64,000 nucleotides of DNA, taken from positions 64,094 to 128,093 of the forward strand of contig JAEEVW010000001.1 of assembly GCA_016291085.1 (NCBI GenBank), written 5' to 3'. The stretch comes from Prevotella sp. (lineage in GTDB: Bacteria; Bacteroidota; Bacteroidia; Bacteroidales; Bacteroidaceae). Numbering within the stretch: the stretch's first letter is position 1; each line of letters begins with the position of its first letter. The notes under the pieces are model-generated. The model searched no databases and was not told the origin of the DNA. It saw only the letters and a list, made by a program, of their open reading frames with translations. Positions 42,627 through 53,541 of the stretch are shown one piece after another. Made by a program: the position numbers and the translations under genes.

Positions 42627-42653
42627 CCTTAGTAGTTCTTTCTTGTTTCTAAT

Positions 42654-43913
42654 TCAGCAGCCTTTTGTGGCCATGATTTGGAGGACCATATCGTCCGTCT
42701 TGCACATGGCATCGGCACCGATGCTCGTCAGGTTGTGGATGCTGCGGTCGACGTCGTCGTCGACAATGCCTTCCGACGAGGTGACACACTTGCCCTCCAT
42801 AGCGAGTAGCGAGGAGAGCAGGGCGGTAGAGACGCCCGAGGAAATCTTCAGCGAGCATGCGGGCTTGGCACCATCGCAGATCATACCCGTCAGGTTGGCT
42901 ATCATGTTCTTGACGGAATAGCAAATACGGTTGTAGTCACCTCCCATTAAGTAGGTGATGCCACAACTGGAGCCGATGCTGGCTACCACGCAACCGCAGA
43001 GGGCGGACAGCTTACCTAACGACTGCTTGATGTAGATGGCCGTCAGGTGGCTGAGCATCAGGGCACGGATGAGTTCCTCGGAGGTATTCTCGTTCTCCTT
43101 GGCGTATACGCAGACGGGGTTGGTGGCACAGATGCCCTGATTGCCCGAGCCCGAATTGCTCATGACGGGAATCATGGCTCCGCCCATGCGGGCATCACAG
43201 GCTGAGGCAGTACGCGATATGATGTGCGAATAGATGCTGTTGCCAAAGATGCCTTTTGACAGTGGACGGTCGATGGTCTTTCCGAGGTTGTGCCCGTAGT
43301 TGCCCTTCAGCGCCTCACGGGCTGCATTCATATTATAGGTGCGGGCCTCTTCGATGAAACGTATCTCGTCGAGGGGTGCTGTCGTGGCAAAGTCGTAGAC
43401 CATGCGCATATTCAGGGCTATCTCATCATCGTCAGTTTTCTCGCTGACATCCTTAAAGTCTGTCACGAAACGGGTATGTCCACCCGCAATGATAGCGGTG
43501 GATTTCTTGTCGCCAGCGGAACAAGTGATCTCGGCATATAGTTTTTCGCAGATATGTTCTTTGAGACCAATGGTGATGCGGTTCTCGGCGATAAATTGCT
43601 TAGCTTCCTCGAGGGCTTCAGGTGTCAGGTCCTTCAGTACTTCCAATTGGTACTCGCTCTTGCCAATGAGGGCCCCAAGGGCTATGGCGATGGGCAGACC
43701 AATCATGCCTGTTCCAGGAATGCCCACACCCATGGCGTTCTTCAGAATGTTGGCACTCAGCGTGGCCTCTATGTGTTCCGGACGACATCCCAGTTGTTCG
43801 GTGGCTTTGGCCGTACATAGTGCTACACACATGGGTTCCGTACAGCCAATGGCAGGAACGACTTCTTTGTTGACCAATGCGATAATGCGGTTTCTAGTTT
43901 CTTTGTCAATCAT
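42654..43913 (-). CDS. L-cysteine desulfidase / serine dehydratase alpha-like (YhaM/CdsB family)
   Basis: PAIGCTEP, KNAMGVGIPG, SNSGSGNQG, LSALCG, CDGAKPAC. Confidence 0.88.
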   Translation of the reverse strand: MIDKETRNRIIALVNKEVVPAIGCTEPMCVALCTAKATEQLGCRPEHIEATLSANILKNAMGVGIPGTGMIGLPIAIALGALIGKSEYQLEVLKDLTPEALEEAKQFIAENRITIGLKEHICEKLYAEITCSAGDKKSTAIIAGGHTRFVTDFKDVSEKTDDDEIALNMRMVYDFATTAPLDEIRFIEEARTYNMNAAREALKGNYGHNLGKTIDRPLSKGIFGNSIYSHIISRTASACDARMGGAMIPVMSNSGSGNQGICATNPVCVYAKENENTSEELIRALMLSHLTAIYIKQSLGKLSALCGCVVASIGSSCGITYLMGGDYNRICYSVKNMIANLTGMICDGAKPACSLKISSGVSTALLSSLLAMEGKCVTSSEGIVDDDVDRSIHNLTSIGADAMCKTDDMVLQIMATKGC

Positions 43914-43925
43914 ATGCTCAATTAT

Positions 43926-45140
43926 TTATCTGACAGTTGTATTTAGGTTGCGTTGCAGGAAGAATTGCTTGGTGCGCAGGAAATAGAGTAGCGTACCGAT
44001 GGCGTTGACGAGGGCTACCGTCCAGAACGAGGCGGCATAGCCCAGATGCTCTGCCACGATGCCGCCAGCCAGTATGCCCAGTCCCATTCCAAGATCCCAC
44101 GATACGAGGATGGTGCTATTGGCAGTGCCTCGCTGGTTGTTGGGTGCTACGTTGATGGTCATGTTCTGGAAAGCCGGCCACATGTGACCATTGCCCAGTC
44201 CGATGAGCAGTGCTGAAGCATAATAGCTCGTCATGACGGCCGTATGGCTGTCGGGCAAGAGCGTTGGTATGGCGACAAACAAGGTATAGCCCACCAGCGA
44301 GGTAAGTATGCCTGTGCTGGCATTGTGGGTGACCAGTCCCTTGCGCAGGGCTTTGCTACCCTGCAAGCGACTCATCATAAGTCCTACGGAACAGAGCATG
44401 AAATAGGTTCCTGTGCCACCCGTCACGCCCAACTGTTCCTTGCCGTAGATGGCCAAATAGTTGCTGAGCACGCCAAAGCAGAATCCGAACGTCACCATGT
44501 TGACGCCTAACAGCCATCCTCGGAGCAGGAAGAATCGGTCGAGCGACAGGCGCGACTTGTTGGCGATTTTCTCTCTGGGTTGTATGTGAATAGTGGCCAC
44601 CGTGGCCCATCCCGCACAGGCAATGATGAGTGCTGTCCAGAAGAGCAGTTCGAAGCTGTGGGTATAGCGGTATATAAAGATGGCGATAGTGGGAGCAATG
44701 GCCATAGCGAGGTTGTTCGACAGGCCGTAGTATCCGATGCCCTCTGTGCGACGCGATGAAGGCAGCACGTCGATGGCCACAGTGGAATTGGCAACAGTCA
44801 GTGCACCAAAAGGTCCTCCATGCAAAGTGCGGACAATGGTGAACAGCAATAATGTCGAAGCCGCCAGATAACCCACAAAGAACAATGAGAAGAAGGCGAA
44901 GCTGACCATCAGCACCGTCTTGCGGGGAAACGAGTCTACCATGAAACCACTGAACGGACGGAACACCAATGCCGTGATGGTATAGCCCGAGAGCACCAGT
45001 CCGATGATGTCCTTGGTAGCCCCGAAGTGCTCGCTCAGATAAAGCGGCAACAACGGTGTCAACTCGTAGAAGGCAAAGAACAGCGCAAAGTTGGCTATCA
45101 TCACCTTACAGTAGTTCCTATTCCATAGTCGTTCTTGCAT
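43926..45140 (-). CDS. MFS transporter
   Basis: RPFSGFMVDSFPRK motif A; ~12 TM; start refined to MQERLW. Confidence 0.9.
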   Translation of the reverse strand: MQERLWNRNYCKVMIANFALFFAFYELTPLLPLYLSEHFGATKDIIGLVLSGYTITALVFRPFSGFMVDSFPRKTVLMVSFAFFSLFFVGYLAASTLLLFTIVRTLHGGPFGALTVANSTVAIDVLPSSRRTEGIGYYGLSNNLAMAIAPTIAIFIYRYTHSFELLFWTALIIACAGWATVATIHIQPREKIANKSRLSLDRFFLLRGWLLGVNMVTFGFCFGVLSNYLAIYGKEQLGVTGGTGTYFMLCSVGLMMSRLQGSKALRKGLVTHNASTGILTSLVGYTLFVAIPTLLPDSHTAVMTSYYASALLIGLGNGHMWPAFQNMTINVAPNNQRGTANSTILVSWDLGMGLGILAGGIVAEHLGYAASFWTVALVNAIGTLLYFLRTKQFFLQRNLNTTVR

Positions 45141-45162
45141 TCGCTGGCAAAGGTAGTAAAAA

Positions 45163-45245
45163 TAAGGTAAAAGTGAATAGTGAAAAGTGAAAAAATATGC
45201 TGCCGCCACGAAAAATCTCTAAACTCTAAACACTAAACTCTAAAC
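45163..45245. repeat. Dispersed repeat copy A in a divergent promoter region
   Basis: taaggtaaaagtgaatagtgaaaagtgaaaaaatatgctgccgc then CTCTAAA x4; near-identical to 53436-53488. Confidence 0.85.
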
Positions 45246-45264
45246 TTTTTCTTATCTTTGCAGC

Positions 45265-46566
45265 ATGAATATCAATGAGAAGACGTGGAAATTCGTTCGC
45301 GAGCATGCTGACGAGGATGTGCGGAAAGTTGCTTTGCTGGATACGAAAGATCCAGAGGTAGACCTAAAGACAGCATTGGATCAGATAGCGGGTAGACAGA
45401 CAGCGCGACGGAAGCTGCCTTCGTGGGCATCTGTGGATGGCATCATCTACCCTCCTCATCTCAACATGGAGCAGTGTTCGTCGGAACAGACGGCACGATA
45501 TAAGGCAAGCCTCACCCCCAGCCCCTCTCCATTGCGTGCCAAACTCCCACCTTTAGGTGGGAGAAAGGGCGAGGGTAGTGGTATGTTTGTAGATTTGACG
45601 GGAGGCTTTGGCATTGATTTCTATTGGATGTCGCAAGGGTTTCAGAAGCGCCAGTATGTGGAGCAGAACGAAGCGCTTTGTGAGATGGCCCGCCATAACT
45701 TCAGCGTGTTGGGTCTGTCCTGTTCGGTGTGTTGCGGCTCTGCCGCAATCTATCTGGCGCAGATGCCCCACGCCAGTCTGGTTTATATGGACCCTGCACG
45801 CAGAAACGAACATGGTGGGCGCACCTATGGCATAGAGGACTGTACGCCCAACGTGCTGGAACTGATGCCCCAGCTGTTGGAAAAGGCGGACCGCGTGATG
45901 CTGAAACTGTCGCCTATGCTCGACTGGCGTAAGGCTGTTGATGATATCCAAAAGCATCATGCCAACGTCAGTGAGGTGCACATCGTTAGCGTCGACAATG
46001 AATGCAAAGAGCTGTTGTTGGTGTTGGGTAAAGAGCCTGTAGACGGTTTGCGAGTGGTTTGCGTAAACGGGGAAAGCCACTTCGATTTTATTCCCAAGGC
46101 GGGAATGTCTTGTTCCCAGGCCGGGAATGTCTTGTTCCCAAGGTGGGAATATTCTTCCCCCTCCGAGCTCGTTGACAGCCCGCTTTATCTTTATGAGCCT
46201 AATGCTAGTATCATGAAGGCTGGTTGCTTTGCGGAAGTGGAGGAGCGATTTGAGGTCCAACAGGTTGCCATGAATTCGCACCTGTTCCTGTCGTCCGATG
46301 AAATCGAGGATTTTCCTGGGCGCAAGTTCCGGATTTTGGCCATTTCATCGATGAATAAACAAGAGATTAAGCATACATTCAGTGAAATAATTAACCAAAA
46401 ATTAACTTCGATGGAATCGGCGAATATTGCAGTCCGCAATTTCCCGATGAGCGTTGATCAGTTGCGTAAAAAGCTGAAACTGAAGGATGGAGGCGACACG
46501 TTTATCTTTGCCACCACACTGGCCTTAGGGGAACATAAGTTGCTGATTTGCCGTAAAATTGGTTAA
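45265..46566 (+). CDS. Class I SAM-dependent methyltransferase with THUMP-like C-terminus
   Basis: EQCSSE, DLTGGFGID, DPARR, KLSPMLD, LYEPNASIMKAG. Confidence 0.85.
   Translation: MNINEKTWKFVREHADEDVRKVALLDTKDPEVDLKTALDQIAGRQTARRKLPSWASVDGIIYPPHLNMEQCSSEQTARYKASLTPSPSPLRAKLPPLGGRKGEGSGMFVDLTGGFGIDFYWMSQGFQKRQYVEQNEALCEMARHNFSVLGLSCSVCCGSAAIYLAQMPHASLVYMDPARRNEHGGRTYGIEDCTPNVLELMPQLLEKADRVMLKLSPMLDWRKAVDDIQKHHANVSEVHIVSVDNECKELLLVLGKEPVDGLRVVCVNGESHFDFIPKAGMSCSQAGNVLFPRWEYSSPSELVDSPLYLYEPNASIMKAGCFAEVEERFEVQQVAMNSHLFLSSDEIEDFPGRKFRILAISSMNKQEIKHTFSEIINQKLTSMESANIAVRNFPMSVDQLRKKLKLKDGGDTFIFATTLALGEHKLLICRKIG
45510..45575. repeat. REP-like palindromic insert in frame in the methyltransferase
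   Basis: CTCACCCCCAGCCCCTCTCC...CTCCCACCT-tt-AGGTGGGAG...GAGGG; encodes LTPSPSPLRAKLPPLGGRKGEG. Confidence 0.75.
46091..46157. repeat. 22-nt palindromic tandem repeat (x3) in frame
   Basis: ttcccaaggcgggaatgtcttg / ttcccaggccgggaatgtcttg / ttcccaaggtgggaatattc. Confidence 0.85.
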
Positions 46567-46624
46567 TTTTTTTTGTTTTTTTCTCGCAAATTCGTATCTT
46601 TGCACAATTAAAAAAAGATAGAAC

Positions 46625-47779
46625 ATGCCATCAGTAGAGATTCGGAAAGTCACCACCAAGAAAGAGTTGAAACACTTTATCCAACTCCATTATGACCTGT
46701 ATCGGGGCAATGCCTACGATGCACCAAACCTGTATGCTGACGAGATGCATACCTTGAGTAAAGACAAGAATGCCGCCTTTGAATTCTGCGAGGCAGAATA
46801 TTTTCTGGCCTACAGGGACGGAAAAGTGGTAGGTCGTGTTGCAGGTATCATCAACCACAGGGCCAACGAAAGCTGGAAGCGCGACAGCGTGCGCTTTGGC
46901 TGGATAGACTTTGTGGACGACCTGGAGGTATCGCGAGCCTTGCTGGATGCTGTGGCCGAGTGGGGACGTTCGAAGGGTATGACGGAAATAATCGGTCCGT
47001 TGGGCTTTACCGATATGGATCCCGAGGGCATGCTCATCGAAGGTTTTGACCAATTGGGTACGATGGCCACCATCTATAACCACGCCTACTATCCTCAACA
47101 TATGGAGCAGCTGGGCGGCTGGGAGAAGGATAACGACTACGTTGAATACAAACTTATCGTTCCTGAAAAGGGAATGCCCGAGAAGTTCCGCAAGGTGTCG
47201 GAGATGGTGATGAAACGCTACAATCTCCACCCCATGCATCCCAAACGTAGTCAGGTGTTTGGAAAGGAACAGTACGGTCGTAAGGTGCTCGATGTGGTCA
47301 ACAAGTCGTTTGGCCATCTGTACGGCTATTCGCAGATGACGGAGCGTCAGATTGACGAATACCTGAAGATGTGGTTCCCCATGCTCGATATGGACATGCT
47401 CTGCTTGATAGAAGACTGGAACACCCCCAACCACGAGGTCATTGGCGTGGGCATCTCGATTACCAATATGACGCGAGCTTTGCAGAAGTGTAGGAACGGA
47501 CGTCTGTTCCCCTTCGGCTGGTGGCATTGCCTGCGGGCCTTGAAGTTCCATAAGGCCGAGTGTCTTGACCTGATGCTCATCGGCATTCTGCCCGAATACC
47601 AGCAGAAGGGTGCCAACGCCCTGTTGTTCTACGACCTCATCCCTATCTATCAGAAGTACGGCTTCAAGTGGGGCGAAACCAATGTCGAGATGGAAACAAA
47701 CGAAAAGGTGCAGAGCCAGTGGCAGTATTTGGAACACATCCAACACAAGCGCCGCAGGTGTTATAAGAAGAACTTATGA
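46625..47779 (+). CDS. GNAT-family N-acetyltransferase (YghO-like)
   Basis: [41 protein letters not shown]. Confidence 0.85.
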   Translation: MPSVEIRKVTTKKELKHFIQLHYDLYRGNAYDAPNLYADEMHTLSKDKNAAFEFCEAEYFLAYRDGKVVGRVAGIINHRANESWKRDSVRFGWIDFVDDLEVSRALLDAVAEWGRSKGMTEIIGPLGFTDMDPEGMLIEGFDQLGTMATIYNHAYYPQHMEQLGGWEKDNDYVEYKLIVPEKGMPEKFRKVSEMVMKRYNLHPMHPKRSQVFGKEQYGRKVLDVVNKSFGHLYGYSQMTERQIDEYLKMWFPMLDMDMLCLIEDWNTPNHEVIGVGISITNMTRALQKCRNGRLFPFGWWHCLRALKFHKAECLDLMLIGILPEYQQKGANALLFYDLIPIYQKYGFKWGETNVEMETNEKVQSQWQYLEHIQHKRRRCYKKNL

Positions 47780-49704
47780 ACGAAGAAAACATTATAATCG
47801 AAGAACAAGTACAGTATACTGACGACAATATCCGCCACTTGTCGGATATGGAGCATGTACGCACTCGTCCTGGCATGTACATCGGACGTCTGGGCGACGG
47901 TTCTCTGCCTGAGGACGGTATCTATGTGTTGCTGAAGGAAGTTATCGACAACAGCATCGACGAATTCAAGATGCATGCCGGCACGCGTATCGAAATTACT
48001 ATCGACGACAACCTGCGTGTCTCTGTGCGCGACTACGGCCGAGGCATCCCTCAGGGTAAGCTCATCGAAGCCGTCTCTGTGCTGAATACGGGTGGTAAGT
48101 ACGACTCGAAGGCCTTTAAGAAGTCGGTGGGTCTGAACGGTGTGGGTGTGAAGGCCGTGAATGCCTTGAGTTCCCACTTCGAAGTGGCCAGCTATCGCGA
48201 GGGCAAGGTGCGTCGCGCGTCCTTCGAGTGTGGTATCCTGAAGACCGACGAGACGGAGGATTCGCAGGACGAGAACGGCACGTACATCTATTTCGAACCC
48301 GACAACACGCTGTTCAGGGATTATCGGTTCCAAGACGACATCGTCGAGAACATGCTCCGTAACTACACCTATCTGAATACGGGCCTGGCCATCATGTATA
48401 ACGGGCGTCGCATCCTCAGTCGTCATGGACTCGAAGACTTGCTGAAGGATCGTATGACGAACGACTCGCTCTATCCTATCATCCATCTGAAGGGTGACGA
48501 TATCGAGGTTGCCTTCACCCATGCCAACCAGTATGGCGAGGAGTATTACTCGTTCGTCAACGGACAGAACACCACACAGGGTGGTACGCATCAGAGTGCC
48601 TTCAAGGAACATATCGCCAAGACCATCAAGGAGTTCTTTGGCAAATATGAGTATGGCGACATCCGAACGGGTATGGTAGCCGCTATCGCCATCAATGTCG
48701 AGGAGCCTGTCTTCGAGAGTCAGACGAAGATCAAGCTGGGTTCTACACAGATGGCTCCTGACGGGGAGACCATTAATAAATATGTAGGCGATTTCATCAA
48801 GCAGCAGGTCGACAACTACCTGCACATCCATCAGGATGTTGCGGAGGTCATTGAGAACAAGGTAAAAGAGAGCGAGCGCGAGCGCAAGGCGATGGCTGGT
48901 GTGACGAAATTGGCTCGTGAACGTGCCAAGAAGGCCAACTTGCACAATCGTAAGTTGCGCGACTGCCGAGTTCATTTCTCGGATGTCAAGGATAACCGCA
49001 AGGAAGAGTCGTGTATCTTCATTACCGAGGGTGACTCAGCCAGCGGAAGCATTACCAAGAGCCGTGACGTCAATACCCAGGCAGTATTCTCGTTGCGTGG
49101 TAAACCGCTGAACTCGTTCGGACTCACCAAGAAGGTCGTTTACGAAAACGAAGAGTTCAACCTCCTTCAGGCTGCTCTCGATATTGAGGAAGGTCTCGAC
49201 ACACTCCGTTATAATAAGGTCATTGTGGCCACTGATGCTGATGTCGATGGCATGCATATCCGCCTCTTGATCATCACCTTCTTCCTGCAGTTCTTCCCAG
49301 AACTCGTCAAGAAGGGGCATGTCTACGTGTTGCAGACCCCATTGTTCCGCGTTCGTAACAAACGCACGAAGATTCGTAAAAAGGAAATGCGCGAGGATGG
49401 TAAGAAGGGCGACTTCGTGGTACGCTATTGTTACAGCGAAGAGGAGCGTATCAAGGCTATTCAGGACTTAGGGCCAGATCCCGAAATTACTCGATTCAAG
49501 GGCCTTGGAGAAATCTCGCCCGAGGAGTTTGCGGGCTTTATCGGACCCGATATGCGTCTGGAACAAGTCACGCTGCAAAAGAACGACCAAGTACAGAAAC
49601 TATTGGAATACTATATGGGCAAAAACACGATGGAGCGCCAGAACTTCATCATCGATAACCTCGTCATCGAGGAAGACAAGCCCGAAGACTACGATTATGA
49701 ATAA
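47776..49704 (+). CDS. parE: DNA topoisomerase IV subunit B
   Basis: [36 protein letters not shown]; short Bacteroidetes ParE-type architecture ending MERQNFII. Confidence 0.88.
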   Translation: MNEENIIIEEQVQYTDDNIRHLSDMEHVRTRPGMYIGRLGDGSLPEDGIYVLLKEVIDNSIDEFKMHAGTRIEITIDDNLRVSVRDYGRGIPQGKLIEAVSVLNTGGKYDSKAFKKSVGLNGVGVKAVNALSSHFEVASYREGKVRRASFECGILKTDETEDSQDENGTYIYFEPDNTLFRDYRFQDDIVENMLRNYTYLNTGLAIMYNGRRILSRHGLEDLLKDRMTNDSLYPIIHLKGDDIEVAFTHANQYGEEYYSFVNGQNTTQGGTHQSAFKEHIAKTIKEFFGKYEYGDIRTGMVAAIAINVEEPVFESQTKIKLGSTQMAPDGETINKYVGDFIKQQVDNYLHIHQDVAEVIENKVKESERERKAMAGVTKLARERAKKANLHNRKLRDCRVHFSDVKDNRKEESCIFITEGDSASGSITKSRDVNTQAVFSLRGKPLNSFGLTKKVVYENEEFNLLQAALDIEEGLDTLRYNKVIVATDADVDGMHIRLLIITFFLQFFPELVKKGHVYVLQTPLFRVRNKRTKIRKKEMREDGKKGDFVVRYCYSEEERIKAIQDLGPDPEITRFKGLGEISPEEFAGFIGPDMRLEQVTLQKNDQVQKLLEYYMGKNTMERQNFIIDNLVIEEDKPEDYDYE

Positions 49705-51274
49705 AACAATTAGATTTGTGTGTGCAGCGATTCTGTCGCTGCAAATATGTTATGCCTCAGCCCAAATGACCATCCGTATGGGCGAAGATTCCCCCCTGCG
49801 TAAATTGCAGATTGCAGAGATGGCTATTACCAATCTTTATGTCGACTCTGTCAAAGAGGAGAAACTTGTCGAGGACGGTATTCGTGGCATGATTGAGAAA
49901 CTGGACCCTCACTCCAGTTATCTGACGGCAAAAGAGGTGAAGGAAGCTAACGAACCCCTGCAGGGCAATTTCGAAGGTATTGGTGTGCAGTTCAATATGG
50001 TCGAGGACACGTTGCTCGTCATACAAACAGTCTCGAACGGACCTTCTGAACGCGTGGGAATTCTGGCCGGCGACCGCATTGTCAGCGTCAATGATACGGC
50101 CATAGCAGGTGTTAAGATGTCGAAAGAGGAGATCATGAAGCGCCTGCGTGGACCAAAGGGCACTGTGGCCATGCTGGGCATCGTCCGTAGGGGTATTCAA
50201 GACAAGCTGACGTTCAAGGTCATTCGCGACAAGATTCCCGTTCATAGCATCGATGCTGCTTATATGGTACGTCCCAAGGTGGGCTACATCCGTATTGGCA
50301 ATTTTGGGGCCACTACGCATGATGAGTTCTGCGAGAGCATGAAGAAATTGCAGCAAGAGGGCATGCAGTCGCTCATCCTTGATTTACAGGAGAATGGCGG
50401 TGGTTATCTTCATGCTGCCGTACAGATTGCCGAGGAGTTCCTGCAGGAGAACGACCTCGTCGTCTATACCGAAGGACGTCGCATCCAGCGTTCAGAGTAT
50501 AAGGCCAGAGGTGGGGGACTCTTCACCAAGGGCAAGGTCATTGTGCTCGTCGACAGCTATACGGCCTCTGCAGCTGAGATTGTCTCTGGTGCCATTCAGG
50601 ACCACGATCGTGGCATTGTCGTCGGGCGAAGGACCTTTGGCAAAGGCCTCGTTCAGCGTCCCATTGAACTGCCCGATGGCTCTATGATTCGTCTGACCGT
50701 TGCCCACTATTACACGCCCTCAGGACGCTGTATCCAGAAACCTTACGAAAAGGGTAAGCAGAAGGACTATGCGGAGGATATGCTTCATCGACTGAAGAGT
50801 GGTGAGCTGATGAGTGCCGATAGTGTCCATTTTGCCGACTCGCTGAAATACTATACGCTCAAGGAACATCGCGTCGTCTATGGCGGTGGAGGCATCATGC
50901 CCGACGAGTTTGTTCCCCTCGACACTACCAAATATACGCGATTCCATCGGGAACTGGCAGCGAAATCAGTCGTCATCAATGCCAACCTGCACTATGTCGA
51001 CCAGCACCGGAAATCGTTACATCAGGACTACGAAACCTTCGACGCCTATCGTCGGCGTTTCGAAGTGCCACAGCGTATCATAGACGATATTATGGCTGAG
51101 GCAGAGAAGCAGAATATCAAGCCAAAAGACGAGGCAGAGCGCCAGCGCACCCTGCCTTATCTGCGTCTTCAGTTGAAAGCGCTCATTGCCCGTGACTTGT
51201 GGGGCATGAACGAATATTTCATGATTATGGGCGAGACCAATGACGCCCTGACGAAGGCGTTAACACTCCTTTAG
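49697..51274 (+). CDS. S41 carboxy-terminal processing protease (PDZ)
   Basis: [33 protein letters not shown]; start refined to MNKTIR. Confidence 0.93.
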   Translation: MNKTIRFVCAAILSLQICYASAQMTIRMGEDSPLRKLQIAEMAITNLYVDSVKEEKLVEDGIRGMIEKLDPHSSYLTAKEVKEANEPLQGNFEGIGVQFNMVEDTLLVIQTVSNGPSERVGILAGDRIVSVNDTAIAGVKMSKEEIMKRLRGPKGTVAMLGIVRRGIQDKLTFKVIRDKIPVHSIDAAYMVRPKVGYIRIGNFGATTHDEFCESMKKLQQEGMQSLILDLQENGGGYLHAAVQIAEEFLQENDLVVYTEGRRIQRSEYKARGGGLFTKGKVIVLVDSYTASAAEIVSGAIQDHDRGIVVGRRTFGKGLVQRPIELPDGSMIRLTVAHYYTPSGRCIQKPYEKGKQKDYAEDMLHRLKSGELMSADSVHFADSLKYYTLKEHRVVYGGGGIMPDEFVPLDTTKYTRFHRELAAKSVVINANLHYVDQHRKSLHQDYETFDAYRRRFEVPQRIIDDIMAEAEKQNIKPKDEAERQRTLPYLRLQLKALIARDLWGMNEYFMIMGETNDALTKALTLL

Positions 51275-52441
51275 CCGTTCGGCCATCGCACGTCCCAGAG
51301 CCTCGCATGCTGCCTTTGTCTCAGCGGTGAGGCTCTGTTTGATTTCCACGGGCTCGCCGACTGCTTCGTAATGCAGGTGCTCGTCGTTCCACTTCTGAAT
51401 CTCTGCGACAGCTTTCGAGGCCCATCCGAAGGAACCGAACCAACCCAGCAGGTGGTTCTTGATGTCCTTGCCAGCCAACTCTGAGAGCAGCACGTCCATC
51501 TCGTGATACAGGGCGGTATTGTAGGTGGGAGCACCCACGATGAGACCCTTGTAGCGGAACACGTCACGAATGATATACGAATGGTGGGTCTTCGAGACGT
51601 TGTATATCACGATGTTCTTTACACCAGCCTCTGAGGCAGCACGGGCAATGACCTCTGCTGCACGTTCGGTGTTACCATACATCGTACCATAGCAGATGAC
51701 CAGTCCTGGCTCCGTCTCGTACTTCGACATGCGGTCGTATTCGCCAATCACCTTGTCAATATACTGGTGCCATACGGGACCATGTGTGGCACAGATGTAG
51801 TCCAGCTTCACATCAGCCAGTTTCTTCAGGGCGTTCTGCACGGGGGTGCCATACTTGCCCACGATGTTCGAATAGTAACGTACCATCTCCAGCCAGAAGG
51901 TGTCGCAGTTGATCTGCTCGTCAATGACACCACCGTTCAGGGCTCCGAAGCAGCCAAAGGCATCTCCGCTGAACAGCGTGGTGCCACACAGCGTCACCAT
52001 CGTCTCTGGCCAGTGCACCATCGGGGTCAGCACGAAGTTCAGCGTTTGCTTGCCAAGCTCGATGGAATCGCCGTTTTTTACTTCCAGAGTGCCCTCTGTG
52101 ATGCCGTAGAAGCCCTCCATCATCTGGAAGGTTTTCTTATTGCCCACAATCTGAATCTCAGGATAGAACTTCTTGATGAGTGCGATGCTTCCGCTGTGGT
52201 CGGGCTCCATGTGGTTAACGACCAGATAGTCTACCTTGCGATCGCCAATGACCTCGTGGATGTGCTCCAGATACTGTGTGAAGAAGTCGACTTCTACAGT
52301 GTCGATCAGACATACTTTCTCATCATCGATGAGGTAGGAGTTGTAACTGACGCCGTTGGGCAGGGGCCACAAGCCCTCGAACAACGATTTGTTTCTGTCG
52401 TTGACACCAACGTAATAGATGTTTTCGGTAATTTTTTGCAT
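51260..52441 (-). CDS. fprA: Flavodiiron protein FprA
   Basis: SYNSYLI, HMEPDHSG, HWPETM, SGDAFG, YGTMYGNT. Confidence 0.92.
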   Translation of the reverse strand: MQKITENIYYVGVNDRNKSLFEGLWPLPNGVSYNSYLIDDEKVCLIDTVEVDFFTQYLEHIHEVIGDRKVDYLVVNHMEPDHSGSIALIKKFYPEIQIVGNKKTFQMMEGFYGITEGTLEVKNGDSIELGKQTLNFVLTPMVHWPETMVTLCGTTLFSGDAFGCFGALNGGVIDEQINCDTFWLEMVRYYSNIVGKYGTPVQNALKKLADVKLDYICATHGPVWHQYIDKVIGEYDRMSKYETEPGLVICYGTMYGNTERAAEVIARAASEAGVKNIVIYNVSKTHHSYIIRDVFRYKGLIVGAPTYNTALYHEMDVLLSELAGKDIKNHLLGWFGSFGWASKAVAEIQKWNDEHLHYEAVGEPVEIKQSLTAETKAACEALGRAMAERLKEC

Positions 52442-52446
52442 AACTT

Positions 52447-53403
52447 TTATTCTTGATTAATGGATTGTTCCAATTTTTCCTTTCGGGCAGTTCCGAATTC
52501 GGGCGATACGTAATTGTAGAGACTGCGACAGACCTCGGCAGAGAATTTCTTGCCTTGTTCCATGATGCTGTCCCACTGCTGCTCGCTCAGTCCTTCTTCC
52601 AACTGACTGTGTGTGACGCCGTTCAACAACAGGCCATAAAGGAATCCAGCATTGAAATTGTCGCCTGCCCCAATGGTGCTTACTGTTTCTGTTTCGGCAA
52701 TGGGGTACTGCTTCTTCAGTCCGTTGTCGGCAAACAGCTGGATGGGGTTTGCTGCATTGGTATAGATGAATTTCTTCGTGTAGAACATGATTTGTGAACG
52801 GTACACCTGCTCGGCATCGTTCTTCTTGAAGAGTATCTCAAAGTCTTCTGCCGAACCACGCACAATGTCTGCCAACTCAAAATTCTCCAGTAAGTTCGGG
52901 GTCAGCTTCATCACTTCATATTGGTGTGACGCACGGAAATTGACGTCGTAATACAGGATGGCACCATGTTCACGGGCATAGTCCAGGAAACCCTTCACCT
53001 GAGGACGGATGACGGGATTGATGGCATAATACGAGCCGAAAAGCACAATGTCGTCCTTGTTAATCTCAGGAAACGTAAAGTCCAGCCTGTCATGGGGATG
53101 GTCCTTATAGAAGATGTATTCCGCATCGTTCTGGTCGTTCAGAAAGGCTAGCGACAGGGGTGACTTTGAGTCGGGATAGACGTTGACACAGCCGGCGTCG
53201 CAACCATTGTCTTTCAGAAACTGGATAATCATCCGTCCTACGCGGTCGTTGCCTGTCTCACTGATGAAACTGGTTTTGACGCCCGATCTACTGAGCGAGA
53301 TGATAGCATTGAATGTCGATCCTCCTGGCACAGCCTGAATGGGCTGTTCGTTACGGAAGATGATGTCGAGCACGGTCTCGCCGATTCCTATTATTTTTCG
53401 CAT
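52447..53403 (-). CDS. PfkB-family carbohydrate kinase (fructokinase-like)
   Basis: GIGETVLD, PGGS, YDVNFR, STIGAGDNFNAG; start refined to MRKII. Confidence 0.92.
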   Translation of the reverse strand: MRKIIGIGETVLDIIFRNEQPIQAVPGGSTFNAIISLSRSGVKTSFISETGNDRVGRMIIQFLKDNGCDAGCVNVYPDSKSPLSLAFLNDQNDAEYIFYKDHPHDRLDFTFPEINKDDIVLFGSYYAINPVIRPQVKGFLDYAREHGAILYYDVNFRASHQYEVMKLTPNLLENFELADIVRGSAEDFEILFKKNDAEQVYRSQIMFYTKKFIYTNAANPIQLFADNGLKKQYPIAETETVSTIGAGDNFNAGFLYGLLLNGVTHSQLEEGLSEQQWDSIMEQGKKFSAEVCRSLYNYVSPEFGTARKEKLEQSINQE

Positions 53404-53435
53404 TTTATTAGAATTTTCTGCAAAGATACGAAAAT

Positions 53436-53519
53436 TAAGGTAAAAGGGAATAGTGAAAAGTGAAAAATTTGCTGCCGCTATGAAAAAAAGTTCAAAGTTC
53501 AAAGTTCAAAGTTCAAAGT
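53436..53519. repeat. Dispersed repeat copy B in a divergent promoter region
   Basis: taaggtaaaagggaatagtgaaaagtgaaaaatttgctgccgc then AAAGTTC x4. Confidence 0.85.
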
Positions 53520-53541
53520 ATTTTGTATTTTTGCACCCGAA

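Noticed and set aside
47776-49704. gyrB call; parC missing next to it
   Set aside because: Length and C-terminus fit Bacteroidetes ParE; separated parE/parC is normal in this phylum
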